Of a DNA stretch of 29,466 nt, positions 21,951 to 29,466 are shown piece by piece (the stretch's first letter is position 1; every line of letters begins with the position of its first letter). The notes under the pieces are model-generated. The model was not told where the DNA came from. It searched no databases and worked only from the letters and a program-made list of their open reading frames with translations. The translations under genes were made by a program, and so were the position numbers. The DNA is from Reclinomonas americana ATCC 50394 (taxonomy: Eukaryota). The stretch covers positions 62,001 to 91,466 of the forward strand of contig PS015140.1 of assembly GCA_048213135.1 (NCBI GenBank), written 5' to 3'.

Positions 21951-24900
21951 ATGCAACGCAATAAGGCACCGACACTCGACTTCTCCTCGATGGCCATTGA
22001 CGGCGATGACGACACCGCCGCTGTGGCCACTGCCACCGAGGAAGCAGTGCCAGCCGAAGTCGACTCCGAAGACGTGCAAGTGCTCGACACTAAAAAGGAG
22101 AAGAAGAAGAAGCGCAACAAGCTGAAGCGACGCTCTGCGCCTGTGCCCGCGCCTGCCACACAGAGCGAGGACGAAGGCGGAGGCGGAGTGGTCACTGCCT
22201 CGCCGTTCATGCCTGGGCGACGCAAGAGTGGCGCAGTGTTTGAGGAGGAGGAAGAGGAGGAAGCAGCAGTGGTGGAAGAGCGTGTGTTGTTGGAGTCGCG
22301 CGCGGTCACGCCATCGCCTGTGCCGGCTGAGGAGAAGGCGGCGGCAGTGGAGGAGGAGGAGGAGGAGGAAGAGGATGATGTGCAAATGGTGACTGTGGAG
22401 GTGGAGGAGGGCGTGGATGTGGCCAAGCCAATGATGGAGGATGATGATGATTTGGGGGAGGAGGAGGAGGCAAAGGCGGAGGAGGTGGAGAAGGCGGTGC
22501 CGGAGGCGGAGGCGGAGGTGGTTCCGGAGGCGGAGGCGGAAATGGAGGCGGAGGTGGTGGCCAATGGTAATCTGACGAGGAAGACGGATGCGGAGGCGAA
22601 TGGAGGTGCATCTGCTGCATCTGCGCCTCCAGCGTTGGTGGTGACTTCAGTGGCGACACCGGCGGTGGGGGATGGTCAGCAGTCGGTGAGTGGGGGGAGA
22701 AGGGAGGAGAAGGCAAAGGGAAAGGGAAGTGCGTGTCACAAGTTGTCACGAGTGTCGGGAAAAGAGGATAGAGGTGAAGAGAGGCAAGCGCAGCTTGGAG
22801 GGAACACGCGGTTACCGTCGACGTGGCCACGCACTGCTTGGGCGACGCTGTGAATGTCCACGAGATGCACGCGGTCAGCAGAGAGCACCACAGCGAGCAT
22901 GCTTGGGAAGGGATGGGCAGGGCTTTGTCGCCAGTTGTCAGCTGCATTTCACTGTGTTGCTAAAGAGGATCAGGAAGAAGAAAGAAAGAGAGAGAGAGAG
23001 AGCGCGCGCAAGAGAAGAGAGTCATGGAAAGACGACCCACGCATGTACAGAGAGAGAGAGAGGAGGGAGAGAGAGAGAGAGAGAAACACGAGATCTGCAG
23101 CCGAGAGACAAAGACAGATCTGCAGCTGAATGATGTAGAAAGAAAGAAAGAAACGACGAACGAAAGAGAGAGAGAGACTATGCTGTAGCAGCAGAGTATA
23201 AATGTAGTGGATACAGAATGGAGGGCAATAGAAGGGAAGGGCTTTGTCACTTGTTGTCATTCTTTTCAGTGACCGAATTGTGCGTCGGAAAAGACGGCAG
23301 GAAGAATGAAATAGACAGCCAGCGACAGAGATGGAGAATCAGAGAGAGAGAGGGAGAGGGAGAGATAGCGAGAGACAGCGAGAGACAAAGAGATAGAGAA
23401 GAGAAGAAAGAGAGATTTGAGAGAGAATGATCGTTGTTGCACAGTTGTCCTTGTGCTTTTTTCCATTCTTCCCTTTCTCTCTCTCTCTATTCACGAATCA
23501 GCTTCTTGCGATAATGATGGGGGAACGGTGAGCACACAAGATTCGTGAACTGAGATCGGCACATTATCTGTGAGCGATCTTCCTGTGACCGAGAAACGGG
23601 CGAAGTGAGGCGATAAATGGAGCTGGAGGATGCAATGAAGAGAGAGATACAGACAGAGAAAGGCGATTGAAGAGGACGGAAAAATGCAGAGCAAGACAAC
23701 TGTGTTTCGACTCAATCTCTCCCTCGTCTCTCTCACTCTGCCTCACTTCCCCCTTCACACACTTTATCTTCGCTTTCGAATTTCCTTTCGACTGCAAGCC
23801 TTTACTTTCTCTCGCTCCCTCTTCTCCTCTCATTCCCTTCAGTTCTCCTTTCCTGTCGCCTTCCCACTTCTCAATTTCCCTTTCGTTCCCTTCTCCTCTC
23901 TTTCCCTTCTCCTCCCAAGTCCTTCTCTTTCCCTTGTCTCCCTGCCCCCTATCCCCATTTCCCTTCTCCCCCTTTCCCTTCTCCCCCTTTCCCTTTCCCT
24001 TTCCCTTTCCCTTCTCTTCCCCTTCGCCTTCCCCCTCGCCCACCCTTCTCCCCCCTTCCCCGCAGGTGGCCTCCCCCCTCGAGACACCCCTGAGCAGCAA
24101 ATCCTCCACCGGCCCACCCACCCACGCCGTGCGCCGTGTCGCCGTTCTCGCTCTCCTGCCAGAGGTACGCTCCTCTATTCCCCTCTTTCCTCTTTTCTTC
24201 CCTTTCCCCCGACATTTTCCCTCCCTCCCTCTGCGCAGGCAGAAACAGACGAGCAAATCTCGGAGAGCGACCTGGCACCCTCCCTCGACGCCTACTGCAC
24301 CGCGGTCTTCCGAGCCAGCGGCGAGGCGCCAGTGTTGCAGCCGCAATCGGCCAAGAAGCTGTTGCGCTTCGCCAAGGAGTCCGGAGCCATGTCTCTGTAC
24401 AAGCAATTGAGTGCGTTTCGACAGTGGTGGTTGTTGGTTGTGGGGAAGGAAGGTGTGCCGACCTTTCTTTGTGTGCGCAGTGGACAAGCGCGTGACGCTT
24501 GACAAGCCACCAGTGGAGGTCGTCACGTGTCTGCAGTTTCGTACGCTCTGCTGCTGCTGTCGTCATTTCTTGTTATTCTCACATCGTGTCGCGCAGAGAG
24601 GTTTGGCGGAAGCGGCACTATGCACCGCCGGCGCCAGTGTTGCAGGCGGTGTTGTCGGCGGTATGTGCCTTTCATATCTCTCGCAACAATCAGTGCGTGA
24701 GAATCATCCTCCATTATTCGTGCAGCTCTACGACACGATTCAAAACGCGAAAAAGCCACCGGCCTTGCTGGTGCGTTCCCATTCTCTGCGCTCATACAAT
24801 AGCAGTGGCGACGATCTGACAGCGGACTCGCACGCAGTTCAATGAGGTTTCTCAAGAGGCGCCAAAGGCACTCTCCCCCACCAAGGTTTCGTGCTTCACC

Positions 24901-27900
24901 TCTTGTGCGCGTTGTGATGTCGCTCACAGTCGTTCGGTGCAGAAGGTCAAGGCATTGAGCAAGAGCTCACGAGAGCGCCGGGACGAGACGCCACCCGCAC
25001 CTCCTGCTGCAGAATCCAGCAACAAGAAGAAGGAGGAGGTAGCCGACGTGGACGAGGAGGACGAGGTGCATGTGGTGGAGATGCCGCGGCCATCCTCCGG
25101 GCCTCCTCGTGCCGGCAAGCGCGGTCGGCCACGATGGATTCCCGTGCCGACAGCGCCAATCGCCCCCAAACCTGTGACAGCACTCTCTCCCTCACCGGCA
25201 GCCGCAGAAAAAGGACGTGGCGCCAAGAAGGCCAAGAAGCAGAGGAAGAAGAAGGGCAGGAAGCTGGGATCGTCGTCGTCATCGTCCTCGTCGTCGTCCG
25301 ACGAGGATTTCGTGGCCGGAAGCGAGAGCGGTGCCGGGGACGACGGGGATGACGACTTGGAGGACTTCGAGCTGGTCAAGGAGTCGCACAGTTGCGCTCG
25401 TCACGCTTGTTCTCGTTTTTCATTCCTCGACCTGACCGTGTGGCGATGCAGAGTCGGATCGCAAGCAAAAGGGCACGCCGGTGCGAACCAGCCGACGCAA
25501 TCGCAAGCCGACGACTCATTTCCTCGACGAATTGGAGTCGACAGAGAAGAAGGGCAAGAAGCGGAACAGGTGCAGTGGAGTGCAGAGTGCTGGCAAAAAG
25601 CGATATTTTTGTGTCTGAACTTCCTGCGCAGCGGCCGTCTGCCGTCACTCTCCGCCGCCTCCTCCTCGTCCGAGTTGGATTCGGATTCAACCGGTCGTGG
25701 CAAGAGAATGTGCGTGGGAGTTGTCGCCTGCAGTGTGTTTAATTTGCTTTGTCATCAGACTCCTTGCTGGACGCAGGTCCGTCGACAAGGTGATGCCGTT
25801 GAACCTCGACGAGGAGTCGCTCCCGAGCGACGATGACAAGAAGAAAAAGAAAAGAAGAAGAAGGAGGTGGAAGAGGAGGAGCAGGAGGAGGTGCAGGAGG
25901 AGGAGGAAGAGGCAGCGGCGGAGGAGCCGGCTCCCGAGAGTGCGGAGGCGATGGAGGAGGATCAAGAGGTGGAGCAGGAGGAGGAGAAGAAGCAGGAGGA
26001 AGAGGAGGAGAGGGAGAAGGAGGAGGAGGAGGAAGAGGACGAGGACGATGAGAGGGAGAGGAAGTCAGCAAAGAAGAAGAAGAAGGGAGCGTCGCGGAGT
26101 GAGCGTCCGCCGCCGTCGGATAACACCAGGCTCAAGTCGAAGAAGTCGAAGAGGTGCGTGGATTGAGGGGAAGGGATGGAGGGAAAGGGAATAGGGAGTA
26201 AGGGATGGAGGGGAAGGGATGGACGGGAAGAGGTAGAGGGGAAGGATGGAAGGGAAGGGATGGAGGGGAAGGGATGGAGGGGAAGGGATGGAGGGGAAGG
26301 GATGGAGGGGAAGGGATTGAGGGGAAGGATTGTGGGGAAGGGATGGAGGAGAAGGGATAGAGGGGAAGGGATGGAGGGGAAGGGATTGAGGGGAAGGGAT
26401 GGAGGGGGAAGAGATGAAGGGGAAGGGATGGAGGGGAAGGGATAGAGGGGTAGAAGGGAAGGGATGGAGGGGAAGGGATGGAGGGGAAGGGATGGAGGGG
26501 AAGGGATTGAGGGGAAGGATTGTGGGGAAGGGATGGAGGAGAAGGGATAGAGGGGAAGGGATGGAGGGGAAGGGATTGAGAGTGAGGTGACGGAAGGGGA
26601 ATTGTGAAGGTGATGATGAACACAACACACTCCAACAAACCTCAGGCGATCAATGGCCTGTGCACCGTGCACAATCNNNNNNNNNNNNNNNNNNNNNNNN
26701 NNNNNNNNNNNNNNNNNNNNNNNNNNNNNNNNNNNNNNNNNNNNNNNNNNNNNNNNNNNNNNNNNNNNNNAGGATGAGGAAGGATAGGGTAGAGGAGGAG
26801 TGGAGGAAGGATGGAGGGAAGGATGGAGGGAAGGATTGAGGGAAGGATGTGGGAAGGGATGGAGGAGAAGGGATAGAGGGAAGGGATGGAGGGAAGGGAT
26901 TGAGGGAAGGGATGGAGGGGAAGAGATGAAGGGGAAGGGATTGAGGGGAAGGGATTGAGGGGAGGAGATGGAGGGGAAGGGATTGAGGGGAAGGGATTGA
27001 GGGGAAGGGATGGGTACAAAAGAACAGTTAAGACGTAAAAGAATGTGGAGTGAGCGAAGGATGAACGAGAACATGTAAATAAGGGAGTACAGAATGGACA
27101 TGCTTGTCACTGCAATAGATTGAGAAGAAAAGAAAGGGGCAAGGGAAGATGTCGAAGAAGACGAATGGAGAGGATATTTTTCCCTCTGCCTTTCTCGCGA
27201 CCCCCTTTCCTTGTTCTCCTCCTCCCGATAATGCGCGTGTGCCAGTCTTCTGTCTTCTCTTCTTGATACACCTTTCAGCAAGAGAGAGCGCGCGCAACTT
27301 TGTTACCTCCACGACCTCTCATGAATGTGGAGAGAGAGAGGGTAGAGTGAAGTAAATGAGAGATGGAGGTAGGAGGAGGGCGATTCGAAGCATCTGAGGA
27401 AGGAGGTAGGAGGGGTGAGGGAAAGGCGAGAAGAGGACGGAGAAGAGGGAGAGAATAGCAGGTGAGGCTGGGGAGAGGAGCAGATGAATATCGAGAGGAA
27501 AGCGTGAGCTGAGTGCAAAGTACGAGCCCTTCCCTCTTTTGTCTCTCACCGGTGTTGCACTTTGACAGGTCACGAGAGGCGGAGGTCGCCGACGAGTCAG
27601 CCGCAGACACTCCGGCCTCGCCTCGCCCCGAGTCACCGCCACGCAAGCAGGCCAAGCACAAGCAGGGCAGCATTGCCTCGCGCGCTGCCGCTGGGACGCC
27701 ACCAGTGGAGAGCCTCACCAAGCAACCCTCCTCGTCCTCCTCCAGCAAGAACGGCAAGAGCAAGCCGTCGGTGGAGTCACCGCAAGTCACCAAGGTGTCG
27801 GTGCCCGAGGTGACGGTGGATTCGGACATGTCCGAGTCGCCAGCGCCGCCCAAGCCGATGAATGGCAAGCAGCGACGTGAGAAGGAACGGCTCGCCAAGC

Positions 27901-28712
27901 TGGCGGCGGAGGCGGCGGTGGATTCGGAAATGTCCGAGTCGCCTGCGCCGCCCAAGCCGACTGGTTTTTTTGCGCAGCGACGCGAGAAGGAACGACTCGC
28001 CAAGCGGGCGGCGGAGGAGGCGGCGGCGGCGGCGGCTGCTGCTGCTGCTGCGGCTGCTGCCCAGGAGTCGGACGCCGAGTCGGAGCACTCGGCTGCGCCG
28101 GTGGTGGTGGTGTCGCACAAGAAGTCAGGGAGCAAGCTGCGGGAGGTCGAGCCGGCGCCCGAGTCGCCGCCGGCGCCGCCAAAAGTTGTGGCGCCGCACA
28201 GGCTTTCGAGGGATACACAGTCGTTGGATAGCGGTGCGTCGGCGGCTTTCCGTGAGCCGTCACCGCGGCCAGTGGTGGTGAAGACGGAGGTGCAGAGGTG
28301 AGCAAGAAGGGGAAGGGGGAAGGAAAAGGGAATGGATGGGGAAGGAGAGCTGCATATCTAACACTCCTTTCTCTGCCTTTCCTGTACACAGAGCCGCTTA
28401 CATTCCAGTGATTCCCGTGAGCCGACAAGGAGGTGCGTTGTCTGCCGTCATCTTTCTCGCACAGCTCACTGACTCTGCATTCGTGCCACAGTCAAATCCG
28501 ACATCAAGCGACTGATCGCCTTCCGCGGCCAACCAACGTGGGAGACAGTCGGTCGCTCGGTGACGGCGCTGTCCAACGAGGGCACGATGTACTTTGTCGA
28601 GGATGGCGCAAAGTTCCGCGTCAGCAACGAAGTCGACTGGGAGGCGTTCTTGGTGTTGCGCGCCGATCCCGGTGTGCAGTTGGAGTTGTTCTTGGAGACG
28701 GATGATATCTGA
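21951..28712 (+). CDS. Large acidic/Lys/Ser-rich low-complexity protein (~1076 aa, 14 exons) with central helical region and C-terminal PB1-like domain; one apparent 1-nt deletion
   Basis: Exons 21951-22685, 24066-24164, 24239-24410, 24481-24535, 24597-24660, 24726-24770, 24838-24885, 24943-25390, 25452-25569, 25632-25709, 25777-26153, 27569-28297, 28392-28432 and 28492-28712. All phases agree except exon 11, which is 1 nt short near 25841-25860. It has many poly-K NLS-like tracts. The gap at 26677-26770 could hide further exons. Confidence 0.7.
26164..27013. repeat. GGGATGGAGGGGAA 14-bp polypurine minisatellite (intronic), interrupted by an assembly gap
   Basis: Direct reading: tandem gggatggaggggaa / gggattgaggggaa units. 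Confidence 0.9.
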
Positions 28713-29196
28713 GTGGTGTGGATCAAAGGGAAATGAATTGAGAAGGGCGTTTAGAAGGATGGGGGGAAGGGGGAGGAAGGGGAAGGGTGGTGAAGGAGAA
28801 GGATGGAGGAGATGGGGCACAGGGAGAGGACAGAGGGAGAGTTGACTGGGAAAGGACTGAATGGAGACAGTTGACGGGTGGCAGGAGAAGGTGGGGTAAT
28901 GGCTGGAGGGGAAGGGCTGGAGGGAAAGGCTTGAGGGCGGTGAGTTAGAGGCGAGGAGTGGACATAGGTAGTAAGGACTGAATGGAGAGTGTTGAAAAGT
29001 AGAAGGAGGGTTGAAGGAGAAGGCGGAGAAAAGACTGGATGCCGAGAGTGGTTGCGGATGGGTTGAAAGGAGCATGGCCAAAAGGTAGGACCGAAGGGGA
29101 ATGGATGAAAGAGAATGGAAGGAGAGGGACAAGCGTGGATGGTGAGAGTGGAAGCAGATGGCATGAAAGGAGAGTTGTCAAGGGAAGGACTAATGT

Positions 29197-29362
<166 letters not shown>

Positions 29363-29466
29363 GAGAAGACGACGAGAGACGAGAGACGAGACGACGTACG
29401 ACGTACGACGTACGACGTACGTACGTACGACGACGTACGACGACGACGACGACGTACGACGACGAC

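Noticed and set aside
25841-25862. Frameshift in exon 11 of the large gene as programmed frameshifting or pseudogenisation
   Set aside because: A single missing base in an AAG/AAA run, with all other exons intact. A homopolymer sequencing error is the simplest explanation, though reads are needed to confirm.
25962-27281. Pro/Ser/Leu-rich and Gly/Arg/Glu-rich ORFs here and at 5442-7659, 9663-10874 and 18404-19070
   Set aside because: Translations of intronic polypurine/polypyrimidine repeats and N gaps.

Overview
Eukaryotic (probably protist) scaffold, intron-dense with many short GT-AG introns (~55-90 nt), micro-exons, GA/CT-rich simple repeats and N gaps. The raw ORF track is mostly uninformative, so I rebuilt five spliced gene models by hand and checked phase at every junction. 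(1) Minus strand 311-5110: an NLR-like STAND gene with an inferred architecture of ubiquitin-like domain, HEPN (RNELVH), NACHT, pentapeptide repeats and 14 near-identical WD40 repeats with hypervariable positions. (2) Minus strand 5698-10828: cathepsin C / dipeptidyl peptidase I, 15 exons, catalytic residues intact. (3) Plus strand 11001-13619: a coiled-coil plus HNH-like protein, head-to-head with cathepsin C. (4) Plus strand 16477-20503: a Rab14-like GTPase, 9 exons. (5) Plus strand 21951-28712: a ~1,076-aa low-complexity protein with a PB1-like C-terminus and one probable sequencing frameshift. The two most interesting signals are the Ubl-HEPN-NACHT-WD40 candidate immune receptor/RNase, and a class of 5' splice sites (8 of 38 in four genes) in which the otherwise invariant +5 G sits at +6. 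All domain calls come from motif recognition by eye; no database searches were run and the organism cannot be identified from this window.
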